Shown piece by piece: positions 30,145-40,890 of a stretch of 64,000 nt of DNA (positions are counted from its first letter, which is position 1; every line of letters starts with the position of its first letter). Under the pieces are notes generated by a model. That model was not told where the DNA came from, did no database searches, and worked only from the letters and a program-made list of their open reading frames with translations. The position numbers were made by a program, and so were the translations under genes. This stretch comes from Spirochaetia bacterium (lineage in GTDB: Bacteria; Spirochaetota; Spirochaetia; UBA9216): assembly GCA_963675665.1 (NCBI GenBank), contig OY776510.1, positions 512,001 through 576,000 of the forward strand. The letters run 5' to 3'.

Positions 30145-30501
30145 TCAACGATTTTTTCTTTCGTCGGTAGATTTACATTCAATACACATCAGAGCATAAG
30201 GTATTGCCATAAGCCGTTCTTTTGGAATCTTCTTATTACACCTCATACACAACCCATAGCGTTCATTTTCAATGCGGGATAAAGCTGAATCAATTAAACG
30301 CAATCTTCTGACATCATTTGCACTTAAGGTTTCAAGAGTGTTTCTGTCAATATCATCGGCAGCAATATCTGCCAGGTCTTTGGGCTGCTTTGCTTTAACG
30401 ATAGCATTGAAATCGTCGCTTTCCGACATAAGGGACTGCATAATCTCTTCTTTTTGTTTGATAAGATCCGCTTTCATCTGCTCAACAAACGCTTTGTCCA
30501 T
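30145..30501 (-). CDS. dksA: DksA/TraR family regulator
   Basis: DLADIA coiled-coil tip, YGLCMRC and CIEC zinc finger. Confidence 0.88.
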   Translation of the reverse strand: MDKAFVEQMKADLIKQKEEIMQSLMSESDDFNAIVKAKQPKDLADIAADDIDRNTLETLSANDVRRLRLIDSALSRIENERYGLCMRCNKKIPKERLMAIPYALMCIECKSTDERKNR

Positions 30502-30564
30502 AAAAACCTCATTAAGAACTATTTAGGCCGAAATATCTATGAAAACGCCAAAAAAGTCAACAGG

Positions 30565-30593
30565 TTGACAAAGGATTCTTATTTACTTAGTAT
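30565..30593 (+). promoter_or_regulatory. sigma70 promoter of infA
   Basis: TTGACA-N17-TAGTAT. Confidence 0.6.
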
Positions 30594-30618
30594 CTATTAA
30601 TATTATTTTGGAGGCAAT

Positions 30619-30837
30619 GTGGCTAAAGAAGAAGCTATCGAAGTTGAAGGTATTGTTAAAGAATCTCTCCCTAATACGATGTTCAGGGTTGAGCTTCAAA
30701 ACGGACATGTAATCCTCGCGCATCTATCCGGAAAAATGCGTAAACACTATATCCGAATTGTTCCGGGTGACAAGGTCAGAGTTGCTCTCTCTCCTTACGA
30801 TTTAACCCGCGGAAGAATTATATACAGGGAGCGTTAA
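30619..30837 (+). CDS. infA: Translation initiation factor IF-1
   Basis: [10 protein letters not shown]...[11 protein letters not shown]...[16 protein letters not shown] start with GGAGG RBS. Confidence 0.97.
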   Translation: MAKEEAIEVEGIVKESLPNTMFRVELQNGHVILAHLSGKMRKHYIRIVPGDKVRVALSPYDLTRGRIIYRER

Positions 30838-30845
30838 CCCTGGAA

Positions 30846-31211
30846 TCATTTTAGCAGCACCCATACTGCTCCGCTGCCGCCGTCTTTACGGTCGGCAGTA
30901 CCGAATTCCCCTGCTATGGGACTTTTTTCCAGCAATTTCAGCACCTCTATTTTTAGAACGGGCTTTCCGGCAGAATGGTGACCCTTACCGTGAATTATCA
31001 GTACCTTTTTGAGTCCGGCCCGTTTCGACTGAAGAAGGAAATTTTCAACTTCGGTCTCAGTTTCTTCAACGGTTAATCCGTGCAGATCGAGGCTTTGTTG
31101 TACAGGCATGCGAATAAGCTTTTTTCGGCCGACAGGATTTGGTTTTTCATTGCCCGGCTTTTTATCCTTGTCCTGAGGCGGATATTTATTCAACCATTCC
31201 TCCATTCCCAT
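30846..31211 (-). CDS. Smr/MutS2 domain protein
   Basis: LDLHGLT, IIHGKG and GGSGA motifs. Confidence 0.9.
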   Translation of the reverse strand: MGMEEWLNKYPPQDKDKKPGNEKPNPVGRKKLIRMPVQQSLDLHGLTVEETETEVENFLLQSKRAGLKKVLIIHGKGHHSAGKPVLKIEVLKLLEKSPIAGEFGTADRKDGGSGAVWVLLK

Positions 31212-31213
31212 AA

Positions 31214-33202
31214 CTAGTACTCTCCGGATGCAGGTCTGTCCGGATTCACATTAGCCTCCTCAGCCCAGCCCTTGACTCCCAGCCCTGTCTCGATAAGCAG
31301 AAAATTTTCAGATTCATCCAGAATCCGTACTGCAGTGCCCTCCTGTATATCCATCCAGATTTCCGCGGATGCCCTGGGAATCTTTTTTAATTCGCTTCCG
31401 CCGGAACAGACTATTCCGGTCATCCGGGAACGGGACTTGTCGGAAAAGAACATCATGAATGAAGAAGACAGTATTAAAAATGCCGACAGAATAACAAGTA
31501 CCGAGAGACCCCCGCCCTGCCTTATCCTTTTAAAAAATACGGCGAGAAAAAAAACATTGAAGGCGCATATCAGAATAAAATAGAAGATGTCCGGATGAAG
31601 CCGAATCGAAGGGTCAACCGGGTTAATAAAACCATTCCGGTTTTCTATCCAGTTCAGCATATCCCTGTATTCAACGTTAACCGGATCAAGATATACTGCA
31701 GTTCTCAGATTATGAAGACTTTCAGTAAACTCTCCATTATTATAATCTTCTACGGCCTGATTGTAGAAAAAGGTCGGACTGTTTGCAGAATCATCAGAAA
31801 ATTCACTTATATTTAAAACAAAACGGCCTATTGAAAGAATCAATACTATAATAATAACCGTCAGAAGAGCGGCGGCGGCCGGCCGTTTACCCTTCAACAG
31901 AAGATTAAGAATAAAGAATACCGCACCGGGCAGCAGCCACACATACATATAATATTTTCGATAATAATTTTTCCATCCGTCATTTTTCCCGGCAAGTATT
32001 TCCTTCTTTTCAAAAGGGAAATTTTCTTTTATTGATACATTTGTTTCAGCAGGCACTTCGTTAACTTCCACGGTAAATCTGTTACCGGCTTCCGTTATTA
32101 TTGTGCCTGTCTCTTTATCAAAATAATCAAATTCCGGGACACCTATACTGACTCCGCCGGTATTATCCGCTCTGTATACCCATTGAATTGTTTTGACTCC
32201 GGAAAACCCTGCTTTACTTTGACTGTATCCATTAATTTCATCAGAAGAAACAAGCAGACAGCCTTCTGTTTCAGGAACCGGCATCTTCAGATAATTCAGA
32301 TTTCCGTCTCCTTCAACCGTACATGTCAACAGAATTTCTCCGCCGGCATCAACTGCAGCCCGGTCTATGCTGCAGCTGAATTTGAATTTCCCGACCGCTC
32401 CGCTTTTCAGCTCCGAAGGCAGCTTCTTCACATTAAGAAGAAGGTCTTCGGCCCAGCCTGTTATCCCTTCAAAATCAACTCCGGCAGCAGGGATCTTGAC
32501 CCTGCCGGCAACAGGCGAAGTATAAATATAGACGGCGGCGGGGACATCATAAAGAACGATATCCCCTTCGGTTGCTGAGGTAATATCTCCCAAACCGCCG
32601 GCTTCTTCAAAAAAACCGTCGCGCGGATACGCGACGCGTATTTTATCAAAAAGAGTAACTATTTCCTGTCGTTTTACAGTAAGATAAAGAGGTATTGCTT
32701 CTCCGGCATAAATATCATCAAACCCTGCCTGCCATTCTACTTCCAGCGGCATATAAAGCTGTCTGTTTTTATATAATCCGACCTTGAGAAGTACAGGAGA
32801 CGTAACCAGCCGCCTTGAATCTGCAATAACGGAAAGGGAAGGTATTATCAGCCGTCCGGATTTTCGGGCTTTAAAAGTTGTTGTTATTCTGACCTTTCTG
32901 ACGGATTCACCTTCTTTACTGTTTTCAATAAAACTTCTGATATAAGGCCCGCGCCATAACTGAAGCCAGTCGGGTTGTTCCTTCAAGGGAAAATCAACCT
33001 CTGTTGAATTATTATGATTTACAACAATTGTCATTGTGAAAAGATCGCCGAGGCCGACCGGGTTTGGGGCAATCCCGATGCTTTCTATCGTGGGTTGAAT
33101 TGAACTGAATACTTCCAGCTTCTTCTCTTCAGCCTGCAGCAACGCAACAGCCGACAGCAGAAGGAAAGAAACTGTCAGACATTTAAAGATTTTGGCTGTC
33201 AC
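31214..33202 (-). CDS. BatD-like protein fused to a BatE-like TPR/SH3 region
   Basis: Signal peptide, GAVGKF and VEGDGNL BatD repeats, then TPR, TMs and an SH3-like EGTAVRIL...KGW. bat context. Confidence 0.72.
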   Translation of the reverse strand: MTAKIFKCLTVSFLLLSAVALLQAEEKKLEVFSSIQPTIESIGIAPNPVGLGDLFTMTIVVNHNNSTEVDFPLKEQPDWLQLWRGPYIRSFIENSKEGESVRKVRITTTFKARKSGRLIIPSLSVIADSRRLVTSPVLLKVGLYKNRQLYMPLEVEWQAGFDDIYAGEAIPLYLTVKRQEIVTLFDKIRVAYPRDGFFEEAGGLGDITSATEGDIVLYDVPAAVYIYTSPVAGRVKIPAAGVDFEGITGWAEDLLLNVKKLPSELKSGAVGKFKFSCSIDRAAVDAGGEILLTCTVEGDGNLNYLKMPVPETEGCLLVSSDEINGYSQSKAGFSGVKTIQWVYRADNTGGVSIGVPEFDYFDKETGTIITEAGNRFTVEVNEVPAETNVSIKENFPFEKKEILAGKNDGWKNYYRKYYMYVWLLPGAVFFILNLLLKGKRPAAAALLTVIIIVLILSIGRFVLNISEFSDDSANSPTFFYNQAVEDYNNGEFTESLHNLRTAVYLDPVNVEYRDMLNWIENRNGFINPVDPSIRLHPDIFYFILICAFNVFFLAVFFKRIRQGGGLSVLVILSAFLILSSSFMMFFSDKSRSRMTGIVCSGGSELKKIPRASAEIWMDIQEGTAVRILDESENFLLIETGLGVKGWAEEANVNPDRPASGEY

Positions 33203-33792
33203 CAGTCATTCTCCGTTGTCTCTATATTTTCTTCCCCGTTAGCTCTCCAGATACCGGCATCTTTTTTTCTTATAAACTCAAGTATCCGCTGTATTTCATC
33301 AGGAACCTCTTTCTTTTCGGACGCCTGTGCTCCGGCAGCAGAACCTTCAACCGCATTTGATCCGGCATTCATACGTCTCAGGCTGTATTCCAGATTTATC
33401 TTGGCATTCATGCTTTCCGGCTTTATCTGAAGCGCTTTTTTGAAAGATTCAAACGCATCCTGGTATTTGCCGGTTTCAAAATCAAGAACACCTTTATTAT
33501 ACATTGTCCTGAAAAGCAGTTCCGGGTTGCCGGAAAACGCGGCATTCTTCCATTCTCCGGCTGCAGCTTCACCTTCTCCGAGAGCATAATAAACATTTGC
33601 AAGATTATAGCTGATGTAATCAGTATGCACATTTTTTTTCATTGCTTCCAGATATTCAGTATTGGCAGTCTGATAATCTCCGCTGACAAAAGAATTGTTT
33701 CCGACCCAAACCGACAGATATGCGGACGGATTCGAACAGGAAGCGATCAGAATTACCGATGAGGCTATTATGGTTAAAAATATCTTTTCCAT
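33199..33792 (-). CDS. BatC-like TPR protein
   Basis: YNLANVYY, YNKG and AKINLE motifs, ends in DW. Confidence 0.75.
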   Translation of the reverse strand: MEKIFLTIIASSVILIASCSNPSAYLSVWVGNNSFVSGDYQTANTEYLEAMKKNVHTDYISYNLANVYYALGEGEAAAGEWKNAAFSGNPELLFRTMYNKGVLDFETGKYQDAFESFKKALQIKPESMNAKINLEYSLRRMNAGSNAVEGSAAGAQASEKKEVPDEIQRILEFIRKKDAGIWRANGEENIETTENDW

Positions 33793-34757
33793 TTTACAAC
33801 CTTTACATATTTGGCAGTTAAAAGACCCAGCAGTGCTATAATGAGAAAAAACCGGTAATTTTCCTTTACAACAATTTTATATCCGCTGCTTTTTTCGTCT
33901 ACAGTTCCTGATGCAATTCTGATCAAATCAGGCAACATGGCGCTGTCGTCAACCGGGAAGTATTTTCCGCCTGTGGCTGCCGCAACAGTTTTCAAAGACT
34001 GCTCGTCCAGACGGGAAATCACAATACTTCCCGATGAATCCGTAAGCGACGAGCCGTCCGCTGTAGGGATTTCCGCGCCCTCTGAGGTTCCTGCACCAAT
34101 GCAGAATATTGATACTTCGTTATCCGCTGCCAGGGCAAGAACAGGGTCAAGTTCTCCGCTTAATGCTTCACCGTCGGTAATAAGAATAATGTACTTCTTT
34201 CTTTCCTCAACTTCCGAAAAGGCTGAAAGAGCCGTTGAAATACCTGCCTCAAGATTACTCCCCGGAACAGTCAGAAGATCGGTTCCCAGAAATTCAAGAA
34301 AACTGTATATTGATTCGAGGTCCTCGGTAGACGGTATCATTTTAACACCCTTGCCTTTAAAAACAACAATACCGAACCTTCCTCCGGGCGTATTTTCACA
34401 AACTGAACGTATTATTTTCGCCGCGGAATCAAGCCGTGACGGGGTGATATCACGCGCTTTCATGCTCTCTGAAATATCAACTGCAAAAACAATGTCCGTT
34501 CCCGCCGGCTCATAGCTGACTGGATATTCCTTTCCGGGAAATCCCGAGAGCGCCAAAACGGCAAAAACAATAAATACAAGCAATCCGAGCGATGAAAAAA
34601 AGTTTTTGACCATATACAGATCGTAAAAATTGTCGGGACGCCAGTTGCCTGCGGTATGAACAAGACTGTTTCGCCCGGTACGGTAATTTCTTATCATAAC
34701 AATCAGAACCGGTACGAGAAAGGCAAACAGCCTGAAAAACTCGGGTCGTAAAGGCAT
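33774..34757 (-). CDS. batB: BatB-like VWA protein
   Basis: DISESM MIDAS, PSRL and ITDGE motifs. Confidence 0.8.
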   Translation of the reverse strand: MPLRPEFFRLFAFLVPVLIVMIRNYRTGRNSLVHTAGNWRPDNFYDLYMVKNFFSSLGLLVFIVFAVLALSGFPGKEYPVSYEPAGTDIVFAVDISESMKARDITPSRLDSAAKIIRSVCENTPGGRFGIVVFKGKGVKMIPSTEDLESIYSFLEFLGTDLLTVPGSNLEAGISTALSAFSEVEERKKYIILITDGEALSGELDPVLALAADNEVSIFCIGAGTSEGAEIPTADGSSLTDSSGSIVISRLDEQSLKTVAAATGGKYFPVDDSAMLPDLIRIASGTVDEKSSGYKIVVKENYRFFLIIALLGLLTAKYVKVVKWKRYF

Positions 34758-35759
34758 CTAAAATACCTCCCGAAACAGAAGTTTTTTTAGAAAGAAATCA
34801 GCAAGGATCAGTATAATCGACAGAAGGATAAACTGCCGGTACATCGGCGTCAGACTTGTTTTTATCTTTATCCTTCTTTCTGTACTTTCAAGTGAATCAA
34901 TGGCCTCCATAACGCCGCTCAGGGCATTAAATGAAGAGGCATAAAAGTATTTCCCGTCTGTTTTTTCCGAAATTTCAAGAAGCAGTTCCTCGTCGAAATC
35001 ACTGAGAAACTGACCGGTTATTATCTTGCCGGAATCAGGATCCGTATATTCTATCGGAACTTCACCCTTCGAACCTATTCCTATCGTATAAATTCTTATG
35101 CCCATTCCGGCTGCTATATCCGCCGCTGATTCCGGAACAATTTCTCCCGCATTATTCTCTCCGTCGGTTATGAGTACTATTACCTTCTCCTCCGCCGTCG
35201 AGTCCTGAAGATGAAGCGCCGCTATTGCAATTCCCAGCCCTACCGCTGTTCCGTTTCCAAGCTCCATCAGCCTGAGGCTTTCCAGCTCTTTCAGAAAACC
35301 GTTTTTATCAAGGGTCGGAGGAATCCGAAGCGCTGCTTCCTCTGCAAAGGTAACAAGCCCTACGGGATCATTTTCACGGGTCGAAACAAACTTGCTGATA
35401 ACCTCCTTTGCCGCCTCAAAGCGGTTAACAGGAGTAAAATCCATAGCAGCCATACTCGGCGATTCGTCCAGAACAAAAACAATATCGATTCCGCGCGACA
35501 GGTATATTTTTTCTTTTTTCACGGAGGAAGGCCCGGCCAACGCCAGAATTACACAAATAACCCCTATCCAGAACGCAAAATTTGAAATAAATAAAACCAG
35601 GCGGATAAAGTGGTTTTTGGGTGTAAATCTACTGCTGTTCCACAGCCCGGTGGAAGCGGGGACAACTCCCCCGCGGCCTTTGTACAGATGAGTAAAATAA
35701 ACCGAGGGAATAATCAGTGTAAGCAGCAGCAGCAAAGCCGGACGTTCAAATATCCACAT
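34758..35759 (-). CDS. batA: BatA-like VWA protein
   Basis: DESPSM, GTAVGLG, TDGENNAG and IYTIGIG motifs. Confidence 0.85.
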   Translation of the reverse strand: MWIFERPALLLLLTLIIPSVYFTHLYKGRGGVVPASTGLWNSSRFTPKNHFIRLVLFISNFAFWIGVICVILALAGPSSVKKEKIYLSRGIDIVFVLDESPSMAAMDFTPVNRFEAAKEVISKFVSTRENDPVGLVTFAEEAALRIPPTLDKNGFLKELESLRLMELGNGTAVGLGIAIAALHLQDSTAEEKVIVLITDGENNAGEIVPESAADIAAGMGIRIYTIGIGSKGEVPIEYTDPDSGKIITGQFLSDFDEELLLEISEKTDGKYFYASSFNALSGVMEAIDSLESTERRIKIKTSLTPMYRQFILLSIILILADFFLKKLLFREVF

Positions 35760-36639
35760 GTTCCACACCTCCGGCATCAGCTTTTTCTATCTCGTCTGCT
35801 GTGCTTCGAACAGCTTCAATATCTTCCTCACGCCGGCGGATCATCACCCTCCGGCCCCCGAACCTGACCTCATCGGAAAGCTTGAAAACATTAATCAGGT
35901 TCCCGCTGCCGGAGACCTTCCCGAAGTCGGAAGCTATCATGCGGGCGCCTTCACGCGCAGTTGCTGCTGAATAATCAATACTTCCCCGGGCCGTAAGATA
36001 TATTCTGAGCTCGCTTACAAGCAGGGAATAAAACTCATTGCCCTTTTTATCGTTTACAGTCTCTTCAAGTTCATTCAGAACCTTCAGAAGCCGCCGGTAA
36101 GGTTTCTTTCTCCGCTGTTCATGAATATATAAGTAAATTGCGTTTTTCAGCTTCGCCCAGAAAAAGATGAAGAATACGGGAAGCATGAAAACCAGCCCGA
36201 TAATCAACGCTATATAATATACAGTTCCGGGCAGCAGCATCTGTTCCGCCGGAGGAGCAAACGCCGAAGCTTCCTGTTCCAGAACCGATTTCGTCTGTAT
36301 TTTTATGTCCCTCAGAAGCACATCACCGAATTGAAGCGCAGGCAGAGTTCTGATTCCCGGAGCAAACGGCCGTAAAAAAACACGCAGTTCATACTCATCT
36401 TCAAGCTTTGTGACAACAGTATTTTCTATCCTGACCCAGTATGAATCAGGAAAACTTTCAGGCTTTTTTACTTCTGCACCCTTTTCAGGGGTTATCATAA
36501 CGCGCATCTCTACCAGGTCTCCGACATAAAATTCCTGCGGAAGAAATACGACTTTATCGCTGGTATAATTTTTCTCGGCGACAGCGGAAAACGAAAAAAT
36601 AAAAAACAGAACAAAAACCAGAGAACAGACTTTTCTCAC
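35746..36639 (-). CDS. Hypothetical membrane protein of the bat operon
   Basis: Signal peptide plus one TM. Overlaps its neighbours in the operon. Confidence 0.7.
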   Translation of the reverse strand: MRKVCSLVFVLFFIFSFSAVAEKNYTSDKVVFLPQEFYVGDLVEMRVMITPEKGAEVKKPESFPDSYWVRIENTVVTKLEDEYELRVFLRPFAPGIRTLPALQFGDVLLRDIKIQTKSVLEQEASAFAPPAEQMLLPGTVYYIALIIGLVFMLPVFFIFFWAKLKNAIYLYIHEQRRKKPYRRLLKVLNELEETVNDKKGNEFYSLLVSELRIYLTARGSIDYSAATAREGARMIASDFGKVSGSGNLINVFKLSDEVRFGGRRVMIRRREEDIEAVRSTADEIEKADAGGVEHVDI

Positions 36640-37508
36640 CTTCCCTTTCTCCTCCTGAAAAAGGAAAGCAGGGCTTTCGCAGGATCATCCTCGGTATCAA
36701 TTACAATCGTATCAATTCCGCGCCGCCGGCATTCACGCTGCCAGAAGATATGTTCCGTATGCCAGAAGTCCCTGTATTCCTTTCTGTACCTGGAAGAAAA
36801 ACCGAAAGAAGATGTTATTCTGCCGGATTCTGCATCCTGAAGCTCAAGAAGCCCCGTAGGGGGTATCTTTCTATCTGACGGGTCGGTCACCTTTACTGCT
36901 ATCAGATCGTGCTTTCGTCCCAGCATCGACATCTGCCTGTAGGCCGGTTTGATCCTGAAATCAGAAACAATAGTACAGATTCCCCGGCGCTTCATCGACT
37001 GCTCAACACATGCAATAGCCAGTGAAAGATCAGATCCACGGCCTTTCGGTTCAAGCGATGCCATATCCTGCACCAGTCTCATCAGGTGGTTACGTCCTTT
37101 CATTGGGGGTACCCATTTCTCAATCCGGTCGGAAAAAAATACCGCCCCTACCCTGTCGTTATTATGAACCGCCGAATGCGCAAGAAGTGCTGCCACAATA
37201 GCGGCAGTGTCCGCTTTTCGGTAGGTACCGCTTCCAATCTGAAGAGAGGCTGAAACATCTATCATCAGAAGCAGCGCCATTTCCCTTTCCTCACGGAAAG
37301 TCTTAACATAGGGAGAACCCATCCGGGAAGTAACGTTCCAGTCTATGGCCCTGATATCGTCGCCTTCCGAATATTCACGGACTTCGTCAAATTCCAGTCC
37401 GGGACCGCGGAAAACCGTCCGATAGTTTCCGGATAAAAAACCTTCCACAAGCCGCGATGATACAAGGGGTATATTACGTATTCTGGAAAGCAGCTGAAGA
37501 CTATCCAT
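36636..37508 (-). CDS. DUF58 domain protein
   Basis: GLEFDEVREY-GDDIRAIDWNVT and DVSAS motifs. Confidence 0.9.
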   Translation of the reverse strand: MDSLQLLSRIRNIPLVSSRLVEGFLSGNYRTVFRGPGLEFDEVREYSEGDDIRAIDWNVTSRMGSPYVKTFREEREMALLLMIDVSASLQIGSGTYRKADTAAIVAALLAHSAVHNNDRVGAVFFSDRIEKWVPPMKGRNHLMRLVQDMASLEPKGRGSDLSLAIACVEQSMKRRGICTIVSDFRIKPAYRQMSMLGRKHDLIAVKVTDPSDRKIPPTGLLELQDAESGRITSSFGFSSRYRKEYRDFWHTEHIFWQRECRRRGIDTIVIDTEDDPAKALLSFFRRRKGR

Positions 37509-38488
37509 TATGGAACCGGAATTATTTTCAGTATTCGATCTATTACATCGTCAGTTGTCAATTCTTCGGATTCGGCCTCATAAGAAAGCACGATTCTGTG
37601 ACGCATTACATCATGAACAACCGTTTTAACATCATCAGGTATTACATAGCTTCGGCCTTCAAACAAAGCCTGAATTTTTGCGCAGCGGTATAAATAAATG
37701 CTGGCCCTCGGAGAAGCGCCGAATTCGATGTATTTTGCGTAAGGCACTACTATCTTGTCCTGTTCACGGGTAGCCGCGGTTATTGATACAATATATTTTT
37801 CTATTCTCTCGTCTATTCTGATTTTCTCGGCCGTCCTGCGCAGATCCTTCAGCGCAGTAGGAGTCAAGGCTTTCTTTACCGAAATATTTCCTTCAATCCC
37901 CATACGCCTGAGAATCTCAAGCTCTTCATCCGGCGACGGATATTCTATTTTCAGTTTAAGAATAAACCGGTCAAGCTGGGCTTCGGGAAGAGGGTATGTT
38001 CCTTCGCTCTCTATCGGGTTCTGTGTAGCCAGGACAAAAAACGGATCAGGAAGATTGTGAGTCTGGCTACCGATTGTCACCTGGCGTTCCTGCATGGCCT
38101 CAAGCAGCGCCGACTGAACCTTTGCGGGAGCGCGGTTAATTTCATCGGCAAGAACGATATTTGCAAAAACCGGCCCTTTTCTGACGACGAATTCGCCGCC
38201 CTGCTGCTTGTAAATCATTGTACCGACAATATCCGCCGGAAGTAAATCCGGTGTAAACTGTATTCTCGAAAAAGTTGCGTCGATTACCTCCGACGCGGTC
38301 TTTACCGAAAGGGTTTTCGCAAGGCCCGGTACACCTTCAATCAGAACATGTCCGCCTGCGAGAAGGCCCATAAGAATGCCGTCCACCATAGATTTCTGTC
38401 CGATTACCCGCGCCGCTATCTCTTTTCTGCACTTATCCAGCTGTGCATGCGCTTTTTCAATAAGTTCGTCTATATTTTCGTTTGCCAT
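37508..38488 (-). CDS. moxR: MoxR AAA+ ATPase
   Basis: GVPGLAKT, RIQFTPDLLP, DEINRAPAKVQ and GASPRA motifs. Confidence 0.93.
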   Translation of the reverse strand: MANENIDELIEKAHAQLDKCRKEIAARVIGQKSMVDGILMGLLAGGHVLIEGVPGLAKTLSVKTASEVIDATFSRIQFTPDLLPADIVGTMIYKQQGGEFVVRKGPVFANIVLADEINRAPAKVQSALLEAMQERQVTIGSQTHNLPDPFFVLATQNPIESEGTYPLPEAQLDRFILKLKIEYPSPDEELEILRRMGIEGNISVKKALTPTALKDLRRTAEKIRIDERIEKYIVSITAATREQDKIVVPYAKYIEFGASPRASIYLYRCAKIQALFEGRSYVIPDDVKTVVHDVMRHRIVLSYEAESEELTTDDVIDRILKIIPVP

Positions 38489-38497
38489 AACTTGTCC

Positions 38498-39790
38498 TCA
38501 GGTTCTATAGTCTGCGTTCTCTCTGACATATTCATGCGTGAGGTCGCTGCCGATAATTGTTGATCGGGATTTCCCCATCCCTATATTAATATCAATGTTT
38601 ACAGTTTTTTCATGAACCGGCCAGCCTTTATGCTCGGGAATTGTTCCGCAGTCGTTAAGATACGCCGCCAGTCTTTTTTCTTTTTCCGGATTAAGGTCAA
38701 AACTTCCGTTTGAAAAAATTATCTCTCCGCCAAGTTTGATTTCCATCCTTTCGACAGCAAGCTCAACCCCGTGATTGCCACAGAAATCGCCAATTGACGA
38801 AACAAACCTCCCGACGTTCGGATCATTTCCCGCTATCGCGGTTTTTACCAGCGGCGAATTAACAAGTGCCTTGCCGATTGCCGAAGCTTCGGCCTCGCTT
38901 GAGGCATTGCCGACTGTAACCTTTATCACATGCCCGGTGCCCTCGCCGTTTCTCACTATATCCTCGGCAAGTTCCGAACACACTTGCTTAAGCCCCGTCC
39001 GAAATGCTTCAGCATCATCGCATGGTTTGATTTTGGAACTTGAGACTATAACCATATCGGATGTGCTCTGATCGCTGTCAACCGATATCCGGTTGAATGT
39101 TATATCCACAATACCCGGCAGCATTTCCCTGAGCCTGTCGCGTCCGATATCAAGATCGGTCATAATGAAGCACAGCATTGTGGCCATGTTCGGTTCGATC
39201 ATTCCGGCGCCCTTCGCAATTGCGATTATCTTTCCGCCGCAGACATTCCTGCTTCTGAGCTTGGCAAAACTGTCGGTAGTCATTATCCGTTCAGAAAGAA
39301 GCACCGCGTTTCGCTCAGTATCGTTCTTCGCGGCGCCGACCATTCCGGGAACGGCAGCTATCATCTGCGATACCGGAAGACGCCAGCCGATAACGCCCGT
39401 CGACGAGCCCATCAGTTCTTCAGGACTGCATCCGATATGTTCGGCCGCCGCGGCAAGAACCCTCTCGGAATCATCGACCCCGGTTTCTATGCATACATTG
39501 GCAATCTTGTTATTTATAACTATTCCACGAAAAAGCTTGTTTTCCAGACGCCGGCGACACAGTTTAACCGGAGCACCGGGAAAAATGTTCCTTGTAAAGG
39601 TTCCTGCAAAAGTATCGGTAGGCTTATCAAGCAGAAGCAGCGACAGATTCATTTTCATCAGCTTACCCGTCCCGAGTTCTGCCGGAGAGAATTGCAGCTG
39701 CGTACAACCGGTTGAAAAACCGGCGGGCAAAGCTCCGCGGCTTTCAAGTTCTTTTCTGTAATCCGTTGCACAACTGATTTTGTTCACCAT
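38498..39790 (-). CDS. argJ: Glutamate N-acetyltransferase / amino-acid acetyltransferase
   Basis: SSTGVIG, IMTTD, KGAGMIEPNMATML and YVRENADY motifs. Confidence 0.93.
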   Translation of the reverse strand: MVNKISCATDYRKELESRGALPAGFSTGCTQLQFSPAELGTGKLMKMNLSLLLLDKPTDTFAGTFTRNIFPGAPVKLCRRRLENKLFRGIVINNKIANVCIETGVDDSERVLAAAAEHIGCSPEELMGSSTGVIGWRLPVSQMIAAVPGMVGAAKNDTERNAVLLSERIMTTDSFAKLRSRNVCGGKIIAIAKGAGMIEPNMATMLCFIMTDLDIGRDRLREMLPGIVDITFNRISVDSDQSTSDMVIVSSSKIKPCDDAEAFRTGLKQVCSELAEDIVRNGEGTGHVIKVTVGNASSEAEASAIGKALVNSPLVKTAIAGNDPNVGRFVSSIGDFCGNHGVELAVERMEIKLGGEIIFSNGSFDLNPEKEKRLAAYLNDCGTIPEHKGWPVHEKTVNIDINIGMGKSRSTIIGSDLTHEYVRENADYRT

Positions 39791-40031
39791 ATCTTTATAT
39801 AACGGATTTTAATAATACTCAACACAATGAGAAATAACCGCTATACCTGAACGCTCATTACCGAAAAAAACGGCTTCGCTTTGCTGCAGATGTTTTTCCC
39901 GGCAACAAGCGTTCAGGCACACCACTTACCGCATGGTGTTGAGTATTTTTCAATTTGGCAGTGTTTTTAACCGCAGCCGGGGGCTCCTGCGCAGGGTTGA
40001 AAATTTTACATCCCGCGCCTATTATCACTGC

Positions 40032-40877
40032 ATGATACTTACAAATTACCACTCGCATTTTAACCTTGACGACGGACGCGGAGAGCTTAACGAATATGCC
40101 GACTCGGCACTTGAAAGGGGATTGTCCATAATAGGTATTTCGCCTCATGCGCCGCTCTTTTTTGAAAACGAATGGACCCTGAACGAAGCAGGTCTTGAAG
40201 AATACCTTGAGATGATGCCGGCCTTTAAATCAGCATACAGGGGGCGTCTGGAAATATATACCGGCCTGGAAATTGATTTTATTCCCGGAAAAATGGGTCC
40301 CTCAGACAGCCGCTGGAACAGCCTCGGCCTTGAGTACCGGATTGGTTCAGTGCACTCCATGGAAGACCCCGTCAGCGGAGCTGAACTTTCAGTTGACGGG
40401 CCGCTGGAAGAAATGATTCAGCTGCTTCACAACCGCTTTGGCAATAATATTAAAAGACTGGTAAAAGAGTACTTTGAAAGACAATCGGACATGCTGTGCA
40501 AGGGCGGTTTCGACATTCTGGGTCATTGTGATTTGATAAAAAAACGAAATACAGACGACCGGTTCTTTAACCAGGATGAAGACTGGTACCGGAAAGAAGC
40601 TTTTAACATGCTCAGAACAGCCGCGGAAAAAGATGTTGTGGTTGAAGTAAACACCGGCGGGATGTCCCGCGGAGCAACAACCGAAGCTTATCCTTCACCG
40701 TGGATACTTCAGAAATGTTACGAATTGAATTTGCCGGTAACCCTGTCGGCTGATGCACACAGCCCGGATCATATCGATTTTAAGTTCGCCGAGTCGATTG
40801 AGCTGCTGAAAAACACCGGATACGGTGAAATTTATTTTTTTTCAGGAGGAAAATGGCAATCTCAGCCGATTTATTAG
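40032..40877 (+). CDS. Histidinol-phosphatase, PHP family
   Basis: NYHSH, SPHAP, IGSVH, GHCD, EVNT and SADAH motifs. Start moved to MILTNYH. Confidence 0.85.
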   Translation: MILTNYHSHFNLDDGRGELNEYADSALERGLSIIGISPHAPLFFENEWTLNEAGLEEYLEMMPAFKSAYRGRLEIYTGLEIDFIPGKMGPSDSRWNSLGLEYRIGSVHSMEDPVSGAELSVDGPLEEMIQLLHNRFGNNIKRLVKEYFERQSDMLCKGGFDILGHCDLIKKRNTDDRFFNQDEDWYRKEAFNMLRTAAEKDVVVEVNTGGMSRGATTEAYPSPWILQKCYELNLPVTLSADAHSPDHIDFKFAESIELLKNTGYGEIYFFSGGKWQSQPIY

Positions 40878-40890
40878 GTAGGGACAGGCC

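Noticed and set aside
39093-39761. 222-aa plus-strand ORF
   Set aside because: Antisense shadow of argJ. The same applies to the other short overlapping ORFs in the track.
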